A stretch of DNA of 63,977 bases, the filler included, from Intoshia linei (Eukaryota > Animalia > Orthonectida): assembly GCA_001642005.1 (NCBI GenBank). It is 6 parts of 6 records of this genome, joined end to end, with 100 filler letters (N's around TTAATTAATTAA, not from the genome) between each part and the next. Parts side by side here need not be neighbours in the genome. Positions count along the whole stretch, not along the records: positions 34,045 to 56,808 come from LWCA01000583.1; 5 more parts are not named here. One strand, written 5' to 3'. The notes under the pieces were generated by a model that saw only the letters and a program-made list of their open reading frames with translations, had not been told where the DNA came from and did not search any database. Below, piece by piece: positions 36,393 through 49,475 of the stretch (position 1 is the stretch's first letter; each line of letters begins with the position of its first letter). A program made the position numbers and the translations under genes.

Positions 36393-36424
36393 ATTTATTT
36401 TAAACTTTTTATATTAATTACACC

Positions 36425-39400
36425 TTATATTTCAAATTTTGATTTATTTTTCAATAAATAAGCTGCCATATATTCAATTGGATTCGATGGTCTAAAAATA
36501 TGTAAAATTAAATGTAATGAATAAACAGTCATGGCGAGGGGTAGGGTCGATAGGACGACATACATCAGGGCCGTGGAAAAGGTCTAGGGTCATATGGCCC
36601 TGTCCTACTTTTTAGTTTATTAATAGGTTATTATTATTACTATTGGAAAATTTCTTAGTATACCAAAATTACGATAACCAATGCAATTTCCGAAAGTTAT
36701 TTTTAATTTTTAAATTATGAACGATCCATTAAACCACGGGCCAGCCACTTTTTTTGTCCCGTTTTTGAAAATGTACCAATGATATATTTCAATTTTAACT
36801 GAAAAGAAACGTTTCTAGCATATTCAAAAATATAAAATTCCAAGGCGATCTGAAAATTCATCGTTAAAATGAACCAATCTAGTAGAAAAATGCTTAAAAG
36901 TTGAAAAATAAAAACTTTAAATATTTACTGAAAGGGCCACCAAAATTATTCTGTGAAACACTGATTACCGATCCCTGCATTAAGCTATGTATAGATGTCC
37001 CGTTTTTAAAAAAAAATATATGGTGACTACAATTTCCAGCAGACCGGACCTACTGCTGACTCTCCACGGTCTTGACTACAATATATAAATAATATAATTA
37101 TCATCTCACAATGTTCTAAATTAAGGGGTAATCTTATAATATTTCTTAATTATGTCAAAATTACCCTTATCAAACGTTCTATTATTCATACCAAGCAATC
37201 AAGTTTAAATAGCCCATACATCGGTTCTTCTCAAAAGGATCCACAGCTAAAGTAATGTACTATTTCAGAACTTAATTTAAAATCAGATGAAAAAGAAAAA
37301 ACACCATTAAATCCAACTCCAAAAGAAAAAATCCAAATTCACCAACACTTAAGGGAAAATCTACTTCATAATATTTTTGTAAAAATCTATTTTTACTAAA
37401 CCTGACCAGAAAAAACCTCTAAATCCAATTTTACCAATTCTTAAGGAAAAAATCCTTTTTTCTAATGTTTTTTTAAAAAAACTTATTTAAATTGCATTTT
37501 AGCAATTTTTATAATTATAAAGTACAGTGCGCGACATAAGTCTTAGGTACTCCCATTGTAATAAATTTAAACACTCCTGCTTCATGATTTAAGACATTTT
37601 CTTATATCATATCTAGTGTATGATCAAGAACAAATATTTAACAACCCTAAAAAAATAAAAACTATAAAAAAAGATGCAATGTTGTGTCCTTTTTCAAGGA
37701 AGGAAAAAGTCAGGTTTTTCTAAGTCCTAAAACCTTAATAATGTTCCGATGTGCGGTTCAAAATATAATAAAAAATATAAAAAAGGTGTTAGGCACATCT
37801 GACTTGCCAAGATCAAGTAGATAACGCATGCTAACATTTATGAAATAGGCTATTATAAAACCTAAAAACCCAAGCAAGATAGAGCACCGTACCACACATC
37901 AAAGACAACCCGCCGATTTATCAGGGTAAATCGTATAAAAACATTAAAAGATTGGCCCGCGCAAAGCCCAGATCTAAATATTATTGAACATATGTGAAAA
38001 ATTTTGAAAGATAAAGTTTATAAGCTACATCCAACCAATTTAGAAGAACTGTGGAGATTTATACAAGAAGAATGGGACCGCGTACCTCTATAAACTATTC
38101 AAGGTTTGTATGCCTCATCATGCCAGAAGAATTGCATCAGTTATAAAAAATAAAGGATGTAATACTAAATATTAGTAATTTTATATATATTTATCTAATA
38201 TTTTCATTTAATTAACATAATTAATTGTATTATTTTATAGGTGCCTAAGACTCATATCACTCGGAATTTTGCAATTTTAATTATAAATACCTATATTTCA
38301 TTAATTATTAAAAACATTTTATAATTTTTACTTTTTTAGGGTTGTTAAATATTTGTTCTTGATCATACACTAGATATGATATAATAAAATGTCTTAAATC
38401 ATGAACCAGGAGTGTTTAAATTAATTACAATGGGGGTGCCTAAGACTTATGTCGCGCACTGTACATGTATGTATTGAATGTCAAAAATATTTTAGAAATT
38501 GGCAAAAAAAAATTTCCAAATTTAAAATATGATAAATAATTTTTCCATTTAGGGTCCACGACGTTTATTACGTTAAAAAAACACTGCCATAAAGATACAC
38601 AATATCATAAATCCTTTTAATAGTAGACGGGAACCACAATTTCCATCTGATGATGTTTATTTTGAATCTAAACGACCATGATGACCGAGGTTGAACTCTT
38701 TATACGTTACAACTGCAAAAATAATATATAGTGTTGATTAAAGTAAACTCGATAATGGCCTCTAAATTTAATATAGAAAATTAACGGGCCGCCCATTTTT
38801 TGTATTATTTTGTTCTAAAAAATTTGTTAAAGCAATTCGTTATTTTGAAATCATCCGCGGACCACAATTAGTCCTGACGACATATTGGAAATATTAAATT
38901 AAGAATATGGAAAAATATTACCCTTTTCCTAAATAAAATTGAATGTCATAATTTAAAAAAGCCTTAATTTTAATACAGTTTTTGGCGGATCATGTTTTTA
39001 TCTAAATTTAATTTTCCAAAATTGAGTCCTTCATAGTCAAAAATCCAATTTCCCCTTTTTTTAGATACAAAATCAGTCCAAAAAATTAAAAAAACATACA
39101 TTTTGGGACGCATTTTAAAATCATTAAAATTGATGTAAATCTAAGCCTCAGAAACATATATCTTCATGGTCAAAACCACAAATTACCCTTTCTTTCTTTT
39201 TTTTTTAAATGAAACGTTCTAAAATTTTATAAAATCTGAATTCTTGAATAGTTTTTAATTATTATAAATAGCAACCTTAAAAAAGTGGATTTTCATGATC
39301 AAAATTCCACATTACCTTTTTTTAAAAAATGAAAACAGGGTATCATTTTAAAAAAAATTACAGAAGATACAGGTATATGCAGTTAACTAACGACACAAAA

Positions 39401-40935
39401 AAATATTAATTTGATAAAATGACGCATTCACGGTCAACAAAGCACTTTAAGATTAATTTTTTTGTTTCGAAACTATTTTATTAAAACAAAAAATGTGAAA
39501 TAACTAATGTTCCTACAACCAGAGCCGTGGAGAGTGACTAGGGTGTCATATGGTTCGGTCTATAATCATGAGGGTCTACTTTTTTAACATAATAGGTAAT
39601 GTTAGAAAATTTCTTAACTATGCAAAAATTATTGTACAATAAAATTTTTAACTATTATATAATATTATTTAATTATATTGTATTAACAGTCTAATTAGTT
39701 ATTTTAATTATTAAATAATGAACGATCGACTAAGCGAATATAGTGGTTCCATTTTTTGAAAAAAATTTAATATGGGATCAGAGTTGCCAGATAGTGCGAT
39801 ATTCGCGCATTTCTAATAGTTACGCACAAATTATACAAGTATACATTTAAATTAAACATTCCATAACTTTCATGATGCAAGTACATAATTTAATCATGGA
39901 AATATTTATATTTTGATCAATTAAACTAAAAATTAAATTAAATTAACATTTTTATTTATTTTGTGATTTTAACGCTTTATCACCCCAATTTTTTAAATGT
40001 TTCTCAATATTTTCATCAGAAAATGTTATAATTTATCTTAAAATATAACTTAATTAGTAAAAAAATTAGTTTATATTTATAATAATCATTAAAAATGGAT
40101 TTTAGAGCTTTAGACATAAAATTTTTTAAATTATCAAAATTTTTGGTTCATACAAATTCGTTAAAAAAAAATAAATAATTCAAAATGCCGTTAAAATGGA
40201 ATTTCCGCTAACATAATGTATCTGATATTTTTGTTGTGATTAAATTTTGTTAGATAAAATTACTGAATTACTGAATAATTATAATAGATCTAAAATGCAA
40301 AGTTTGTGATTCGTATTCTGTCAAAAACTTTAACATAACATCCTTCTTACACTTGATTGCATTTTATAAAAATTTTAAATTTTGTTTTAATCTATTTATC
40401 TTTATCAAATTCCCATATTACGCTTTTCAATATCCTCACAAAATGTAGTACCTGTTCTACTCAACCGTGAGACACCAAGAAATACTATAAAAGCCAACGA
40501 TAAATAACCTTTCTTTTGCAACAGCTGTCATAGCCTGTAATAAAATTGGAACAAGAGTTTTATCTAAATACGCTCGAACCGTAAGTACTTGTAAACTTTC
40601 CGTGTCTGGCGCAGAAATATCAAATTTTTCGTTTTCTACAACTTTCTAGGATACAATAAACATATAATAAAATGAAATATAAGTATTACTGAAACTTCAT
40701 CGGTTATATGAGGGTTCACAGTTTCATTTTCACTGCCCAGATTATCAGATTTATTATCACTATCCTCCTTATCGCTATTAACATTGGTTCCATTTGTTAA
40801 ATTTGTTTCGCTCGGATTTTCAATCTTGGTGGACTGAGATGCAGCAGGAGTTATTTCAACATTGTCCTGTGTTTCTGATGCAGGAAAAACATTAGTTTCG
40901 TTATTATCTTCATCGTTAACCTGATTTTCACTCAT
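36425..40935 (-). CDS. DPY30: DPY-30 homolog with acidic N-terminal extension
   Basis: Exon ..LQVLTVRAYLDKTLVPILLQAMTAVAKER (to ~40510) splices across a ~4-kb intron to PSNPIEYMAAYLLKNKSKFEI* (36491-36425). Confidence 0.92.
36566..37073. mobile_element. hAT-type MITE (GCCGTGGAGAG family)
   Basis: CAGGGCCGTGGAAAAG ... CTCTCCACGGTCTTG termini. Confidence 0.6.
37525..38461 (+). mobile_element. Internally deleted Tc1-family transposon
   Basis: TA|CAGTGCGCGACATAAGTCTTAGG ... CCTAAGACTTATGTCGCGCACTG|TA; ~140-bp near-identical TIRs; disrupted transposase DWPAQSPDLNIIEH..LEELW..EEW..MPRRIASVIKNKGCNTKY. Confidence 0.95.
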
Positions 40936-40997
40936 TTGTAAATAATTATAATAGTTTCACAAATTTATAAAATAAACGGATCAGTAGTTTATTTTTA

Positions 40998-43900
40998 ATG
41001 TACTTTGCGTTAATTTTTGCAATTGTGTTATTTAGTAGTCAAGGGTCAGCTGATGATGATTTTCTGTGCTCAGACGGTAAAGAAATACCAATTAGTTGGG
41101 TGAATGGTATTTGCGACTATATTTCTATTTTATAATGATTAGATGACTATTGTGACTGTTCTCGTGGAGAAGATGAATCACGTTTGATTATTCAAATGTA
41201 TATTACTGGGTTTTAGGTACCTCGGCTTGCGAAAATTCAATGTTTGCATGTGATAATAAACCAATGCCTACTAAACAAATCATGTCCAAGTATGTTGATG
41301 ATCTTGTGTGTGGTATCTCTTTCTTTATCTTTTATTTCAATCTTTTTAGACTGCTGTGATGGGTCCGATGAAATTTTACACAAGAAATGTCCAAATACGT
41401 GCGAGTATTAATATTATTTGATCATTTTACATTTTAAAATTAGACAAGAATTTCAAGTTGAGAAAGCGAAACAAAAATACATTTACGATAAACACGTCAA
41501 TGGTAATCGAGTTTATGAATCCCTGATAATCGACGCAGAGAATATTATGAATGAAAAGAAAGTAAATTTATTTCAATTGATAATTTTTATTATTAATCTA
41601 TTTTTTTACAGTTAAATTAGTTAATTATAATTATAGGTTTTATTAAATGAAAATGAAATTGAATTAAATTTGTTAAGTGATCAATTTTCTCATATTGAAG
41701 GTTAATTTGGTATTTTTTTATTTTCCATTTTATTAGTTTTGAAACAAGAAAAAGAAAGTATCGAAAGCTTAGAAATTAAAAAGTTTGAGAAAGAATTGGA
41801 AGGTACACGAAGTGTAAAAATTTTTAAATAAAATCCATTAGATATAAAGACAATGGAAGAAATTGAAAAATGCTCAAACGAATACTTACTTATCGATACG
41901 GATAACAATGGAATGTAATCCTTTACTTTTTTAAGAGTGGTGGAGTATCGCAAATGTCAATTCCAGAAATTGAGTTATTTAGGGTCAAAAACCAAATTTT
42001 CTTTTTTTTTAAAAATGAAATCACCCTAAAATTAAAAAAAAACATATATTCGGGACCCATTTGAAAGGCATTAACATTGTTGTAAATCTTAGCCTCAGAA
42101 ACATATTCATGGACAATACCACAAATTACTTTTTGTTTTAAAAATGCAACATTTGTTTGAATGGTATAAAATTCCAAAAATTTTATAAAACATACATTTT
42201 TGGATAGTTTTTAAAATCATAAGCATTAGAATATTGCATTTACCAATATAAAATTGCATTTTCACGACCAAAACCACAGATTACCTTTTTTTAAAAAATG
42301 AAAAGTTTTAGAATTTTAAAAAAAATTTACAAATTGCGTAGCAATGAATAAAATTTTGCGTGCTTATTCACATTATCAGTAATCATTTTATAATAAAGTT
42401 ATTTCATCAGTAATTCGTATTACATAGTGTGACCAGAAATACGACTTTGGAACAGTGCCAAAAATCGTACTTTCGACGTACTTTTCAAAATTAAATAAAC
42501 TTATAAATTAAAAATTTAAACTTGAATGTTCATTTTTCTATTATTTATTTAATTATTTCACATTTTTTGTTTTTTTAATAAAATATTTTGAAAAAAAAAA
42601 AATATGAATACTAAAATGTTTTTTTGACCGTGAAGTCGTGACTTATTCGGATTGAAATCTTCTGTGTGTGTTAACAGGATACAACTATACTAGTTGTAAA
42701 TTTTTTGAAATTCTAGAGCTATTTTCATTAAAAAAAGAAGGGTAATTTGGGGTTTTGGCCCTGATGATATAATTTTTTTAAATTTATGATAATGTTTATG
42801 ATTTTAAAATCAGCATCAGCGTATATATTTTTTTAAATTTTACAACTCGTTTGATTTTCAGAAAGAGGGACAACTGGTGTTTTTGACGCGTAAGATGTGA
42901 AATTGGAAGGTTGAAATTTATCTTATTATACGTCCCAGAAAAAACTGTAATTGAAATATGAACTTTATAAAATTTGAAGACTGTTAGGTATTTCAATAAA
43001 GTGATACACACAGAGACACAAACAAAAATCGCGTAACATATATAAGTTGAAATGGATTAAAAAAATATGTTTATAACATTCACCTGAAAAACTGAATCCG
43101 TGAAGATCAGTCTTAAAAAACTGCTAGAATTTGTGTTTTTTAAAATTCTCGTACATTTTTTTTTTTTAAAAAAACGGGTCATTTGGGTTAATTATCGTAA
43201 AGATACAAATTTTTGACATTTTAATTTATCTTACTGGCGGGACAAAATAAAACCCAATTTGTATTTTATAAATTTCAGACGCTGTCAGTTCAGTAAATAA
43301 ATGGTTAAACCGATAAACAAACTCATTTTGAGCAACATTTACTTTACTTTTTATTTTACAACTAAGTATCTTTAAATAACGTTAAATTAAACTTGGACTG
43401 TTTACGAAATTTTTTCAAAAAAATCCATGCATTTTGCGATTAACCAATTGAATATTGTTAAAAATTATACATGTATATTATACATATAAAAAAATAATAT
43501 ATAATTAATAATAATTAATAATTAATATATCGCAGTGTTAGTTATAATGTTCTATCTGCATTTTTGTCAAAAATGAGGTTTTTGATGAAAAATGTTTTAA
43601 ATCATATCTTTTACATTTTTACCAAAAAAATTAAGCTTGAAAACGTATTATTTTATGATATAACAAACATTTACTGGTTCAATTATTAAATATCGACTTG
43701 ATAATTTATTACAAAATTATTAAATTCCTATTAAAAATAATCTCACAGATTCTAAAAAGAAGATATTAATAGTATGTGAATCAAATGAGTAAAGAATTTT
43801 ATAATTTAAACATATAAATTGATAAAAATGTTAAATGTCAACAGTTTCTATAGAATAATGTTCTATTTGCAATTTTTTCAAATCAAATAGTTAGACAGAT

Positions 43901-45784
43901 TGTTCTATTAGTGAAATTTAAGTTCTGAAAAACCCTTATGTTTTTATTTTTATCGTACGAAACTTTTCAATATACTTTAACAAATATTAAAAAACTAAAT
44001 TGTATAATTAAATTTCAACATAAAAATTATATTTTAGGCAATAGTACTTTTAAACTTTAAAGTCGATTTATGAAAAACTATGTTTTTGTAGAAAAAACAT
44101 TATAACTCTAACTGCGATATGTATAATTAATTTTTTCAGATTATCTATCCCTGAATTGTCACAATATTTTAAAATTCAAAATATGGCAACAATGGATTCA
44201 ATAATTGAAGTTAAAATTTAATTTTCTTGTTAATATTATTTTAGAAATTAAATATACAAATTGACTATTCAACAATGTCAAATTTTTTGGATAATGGAAA
44301 TGAGCTGTGCCATTTATTTATTAATTTTAATTTAGAATTTGTATTTTAGGTTCATATACATTTTCATTTAAAAGTTTAGTTGGAAAATAATGAAGCCAAT
44401 TTTTCTGATGAAGAAAATAAAATTTCACAAGAAACTACTGTAGATTCTGATGAAGATTCTGAAAATGATTACATTTACGATTCTAGTGTTTGTTAATATT
44501 TTAATTATTTTTAAAATTTTTAAAGTCACCTCAAGATGGTGATAAAGTTTTAGATTTTGATCAAGTTGATAAACATGAGGTTAATTATCCTCCACATTTG
44601 ACAACTTTGAAAGAAGGTAGAACTATAATAATTTAGTCGTTGTCAACATTTTGTGTCATCACCTATTTTTTTAAACCGGTTTTTCTCGTACATAATTTCG
44701 TACTAATGAAATTTTGTCAAATTATAAAATAAATATCAATCATGAAGTATTTATGTTGATGACCACTGATTTAATTTTTACTATTGTAATTAAACGATTT
44801 AGAGACCAACGAGCTTCGATCGAAACACTCTGAATTGAAATTAAAAATTGACAATACACAGAAAAAAATTGAGTATTTATTTTATTGTCTGTTTAAATTT
44901 TCACATCGTTTGGAGATTTTTTTGAATTTCATTTTGCTTCATGGAGTCTTCAGAATTCTAAGGTCAAAGGTGAAAATTTTTGCATACCTTGGTACAGTTA
45001 ATAAAAAAAATTGAAATCTATTTCTATATTGTATTCTAAAATTCTAAACGAAAATGCACATTATTCTGTTGGTTGAAAACGGCCTTCTACTTTTTAATCT
45101 TATGTGAAATTAATTTTTTCTAAGGATTTGGATTGGATAGTCGAATTGTGTTGGTAAAGTAAAAATATTATAATAGTAAATTAAGTTAATAAAATTAATA
45201 GTTTAATTTTACATTATTTTATTCTATACGTTTTGTACACACGTTCTGAATTTTCAACCGATAATTAGCCATTAATATTCTTTATTTATTAATATTTTAT
45301 TATTTACTTTTATATTTACATTTTAAGCTCAATTAACAATTTCTTTAAATATATTGGAATAAATCATGTGTTTGCTTCATTGTTTGATGATTGCATTGAA
45401 TTTTCCGATAACAATTATTATACATACAAAATTTGTTATTTTCAAAAAGTAAATCAAATTAGTAAACAAGATCAATCTAGCGTCAATTTGGGGTACATGT
45501 TTTTAAATTTTGATAATTATATTATAGCTCTTTTCAAGACATTGTTGATTTGAATGACTCAAAAAAAATTATTTTTAAAAAGGGCGATTCTTGTTGGAAT
45601 GGAATTGAACGGTCTGCTGAGGTATACTAATTGTTCTATATATTTTATTTTTTAGATTAACATTTCTTGCAACTCACAAGCCAAAATATTAAGTGTTCGC
45701 GAACCTTCAATGTGTTTTTATGAAATTGTAATGGAATCACCAACTGTGTGCAATACAGTTCCTTTTAAGCATGATGAATTATAA
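40998..45784 (+). CDS. PRKCSH: Glucosidase II beta subunit
   Basis: Signal peptide, FLCSDGKEIPISWVNDDYCDC..DE, DCCDGSDE, EF-hand-like IDTDNNG, MRH domain YTYKICYFQKVNQ..GDSCWNGIERS..EPSMCFY, C-terminal HDEL*. Confidence 0.95.
42545..43050 (-). mobile_element. Helitron family copy (5' portion) in a PRKCSH intron
   Basis: Reverse complement of 5111-5760. Confidence 0.8.
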
Positions 45785-45900
45785 CACTCTTTTATTTTTT
45801 ATAATACATTTTTTCAATGATACAGTTTATATCTGTTTATAAATAATTGTAAGAAACAAAATAGAAATAACTAGATAAAAATTTATTCAAATAAATTTTT

Positions 45901-48900
45901 TTATTTTTTATTTTTGGACTGGTCAAATTGATCAAATTCATAAAATTGATGGTTATTGTAATATTTTTGACTATTTACATAATTGTATGGGTTGTAGTTT
46001 GAATTTGGAATGCTTGGGGTTTGGTAATTTCTCTGAAGTTTGTAATAATTATCCATGTCTTTAGATGTGTTTTGAGAAGAATAGAGGTTTGAATTTGAAT
46101 CTACAAAATTAGTATAATTAAGACTGGAAATTTCATTTTGATATATTTGTTTTGCATTATCATTATATTTAACATCTTGGTTTGACAAAATATCTTCGTA
46201 ATTGCCAATTTTTTCTTGTGGGAAGATTGGGTATGAGTTTTTTATGTTATAGTAATCCATATTGTTTCTTTTTAGAGTATTTTGTGTTAAATTTTTTCTT
46301 TTGTACATGTAAAGGTCATAATTTTTTTCAATGTCATGATTATTTTCTTTTCTACTTTCTGATCCATCACTATTTTCTTCAATTGAATCTCTAGGAATTT
46401 TTATAAATTTATATTGTTTTTAATACTTGTCATTTTCTGTTTTTTCTTTTGCGTCAGCAGCTCTATCTCTTTGTCTTCTATTCTAATTTTTAATTATTAT
46501 AATAATTTTGAATAAATTTTAAAATAGTATTATTTTTATTTTAAAGCTACCTTAAACCAGTTACTGACTTGGGTTGTTGTCAAACCTGTTGTTTCAGACA
46601 AATTTCTTTTTTCTCTTGGACTAAATTATCACATTATAATTAATATTTATATATCACGTATTGGAGGGTCGTTAAATATTTTCTTTCGAAAAATATAAAA
46701 AATTCAAATTTTTGTTTTTTAGTTTTACATTATATAACACTGGTCAACAAAATAAAAACTTTTTTCGAAAATGTATATGAAATGGATATCATTAAATAGC
46801 TGAATTTTTATGGTCAACATGATTTTTACTTTTTAATATAAAATAGCATTGTCATCTTTAAATCCACGATAAATGAATATTAAATAAATTTAGCCATTCA
46901 AAAATGAAAATAGGTCCAAAATAAATTTTTTACAAATGCTGCATAGTGTCATATGGCACCTAGATACATATCAAAGGCTCTAGGCTTGACATTTTAAAAT
47001 TAATACACAAAATATTTATGATATTTAAGAATGTATTTTATTTTTATCCGGATTTTTATTACATAAATCCGGCACTGAGTACACACTTTTAATCGGAATT
47101 TAATTATTTTAATGAAATGATTTTAACATAATTTTATCAAATGGCGTAGAAAAATTTTAGAAGGCGTCACCTTTGTCAGATTGAACTTTTTTGTATGTGT
47201 TAACTGGATATAACTATCAACTATAATTTTTTTTAAAATTCTATGACTTCATTTTTTAAAAAAGAGTATTCTGGTGTTTTGATCGTGAAAATAAAAATTC
47301 CAGCGATTCACTATTTTCATTCATTCATTTAATTTTAATCCAAACATTTGAAAAATATTGTTTGATGACATATTAAAAGTTATTTTTCACCGGGAATGCG
47401 TAGATTTCTGGGGTTAAAAATTTGTATTTATATCAAGTTGAATAAGCTGTATCCAAATAATCTCTTTTTTAATTGAAGGAATGTTAATTATTTCAAATTA
47501 TTTGTTTAATAAAAAAAATGAATACTAAAGTGTTTTTTTGACCGTGAAGGCGTCAGTTTGTCAGATGGAAATTTTTTGTGTGTATTAACAGGATATAACT
47601 GTATCATCGGTAATTTTTTTAAACTTCTAGGGCTGTTTTCATTTTGTCAAAAAATGGTAATATGGGGTTTTGATCGTGAAAATTGACTTTTTTGGGTTTA
47701 CGATTTATGATAATGTTTATCATTTTAAAAACTATCCCATAATTTATGTTATATAAAATTCTAGGACTTTTTTCATTTTTACAAAAAAAAGTAATTTGGG
47801 TTTTTGTTATGAAGATATAATAATTTGAAATTGAAATTTATCATAGTGTTGATGATTTTAAAATATTTATTAGATTGTCTATTTTTATAATTCTGCAAAC
47901 CGTTTGAATGTTTAAAATATGGATATTTGTGGTTTTTGACCTTGAAGAACTCATTTTCTAAATTTACGATAAAACATCACCCTCGAAAAACTATTAAAAA
48001 TGGGTGTTTTTAAAACTCTACGCATATTAATAAGTGGTAACATACAATATATACAACTATATAATGTAAATAGACAAATAAACAGACATAAATTTTTAAT
48101 TAAATGACTTCATATATATTAGAATTATAGAAAAATCCCCCCTTAGGGAGCGATTCACCACGATTGAAAACGACCAAATTTAGTTATTATGAAATCTAAA
48201 TTATGTCAAATATAAAGCACCGTTATATATCAAAATTAAAAACTTTTAAAAAAGTTATTTTATATACAGTACAGTACAATGTACATCTTGATCACGGGTG
48301 TCAATTATGCGGCCCGCGTTATAATATAAATTTTTATTTTTTATAACAATTTTTTACACATATTTCTTATTTTACAGTTTTTTCATATATTTTGCATGAT
48401 TTATTTATTCATTATTATAATTATAACATTATTTGTACACTTACTTTATTTTTATTGATTCTTATTTTATTTTATAAATTAAAATTATTATGAATCAATT
48501 AAATCTGTTAGTTTTAACATAATTTTTTTTACATTTGGCCCGCCAAGCAAATTCAGTCTGACACCCCTGATCTTGATGTTTACAATATATTAATAGTGTA
48601 AATGAAAAAAAAGTACCTGGGATATGGATTATGTGCGTACCATCTACGTAAAACATTGCGACTTTTTTCTTTAAAACAGTAACTAGTTTCTTCTCCATCC
48701 CAAATGGTTCTCGGTAAAGGAAATTTCCGTCGAACTCTATACTTTCCGACAGCTCCCAATGGCCTACCTCTAATATTCTGTGTTTCGATATAATGAGCTT
48801 TAAACCACAATTGTTGTAATTTACCATGATTTTTAATGGAAAAATTATTACTTTCAATAGTTTGATACAATTCAATAAAATGTCCAGTATGATATAAAAT

Positions 48901-49305
48901 GATTGTCTTTGCTTTTAAAACACTTTCATTTTTTTGCAACATTTCACAAGCTGGCAATGACCAAACAAAACGAGCAAGTCTTTCAATATTATTAGATTTT
49001 TCCAAAGTTTCACATATACATGAAATTTGTTGTAAAGTAAATTCGCATCCATGATTAATATTATTATTATTAAATTGAAATTTATAACATTGTGACGTTG
49101 TAGAGTCTTTATCAGGTAAAGATGGATTAATAATTGAATATTCCGTTTTTTTATCGAATAAATCGAGAGAATTTTCATATCGACAATTTTTGGCATATCC
49201 ATTATCATCATTCTTTGATTCATCGTAATCAATTTTAGATAACTGGCAAGGCTTAGTATCTAAATTTGTTTTATTTGATAAAATTTTGGTATTAAATTTC
49301 AACAT
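45901..49305 (-). CDS. SIX1/2: SIX1/2 (sine oculis) homeobox transcription factor
   Basis: SIX domain plus homeodomain with the subfamily tetrapeptide ETSY; PYP|[24 protein letters not shown]|NRRQRDRAA; N/Q/Y-rich last exon. Confidence 0.97.
47150..48100 (-). mobile_element. Helitron-related element with reiterated internal modules in SIX intron 1
   Basis: Reverse-strand homology to 5200-5870, with repeated TTTTCACGATCAAAACCCC..TTACC..ATGAAAA..CTAGAATTT modules. Confidence 0.7.
48293..48569. mobile_element. hAT MITE with perfect 8-bp TSD
   Basis: ATCTTGAT|CACGGGTGTCAA..GCGGCCCGC ... GGCCCGCC..TGACACCCCTG|ATCTTGAT. Confidence 0.9.
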
Positions 49306-49440
49306 TAAACGTCTGATTTTAATTAAATGCTTAAAAATGGATATTGGCTAAATTTCTGATAAATCACATTCTCATTTATCTCAAATAGGCCCAAAAAGAC
49401 TATAAAATCATTAAATGCATATTGACATTGAAAATTTAAA

Positions 49441-49475
49441 ATATCAAATTTCCAATGCTAAACGTATCAAATTTC
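49441..49475. promoter_or_regulatory. Tandem candidate SIX1/2-binding sites upstream of SIX1/2
   Basis: ATATCAAATTTC (49441-49452) and GTATCAAATTTC (49464-49475) fit the SIX1/2 consensus G(G/T)VTCA-D-R-TT-W-C. Confidence 0.4.

Noticed and set aside
48495-49232. Overlapping alternative-frame ORFs (also 35251-35499, 46182-46394, 61425-61742, 62698-62928)
   Set aside because: Shadow frames of real exons or transposase relics with no recognisable features
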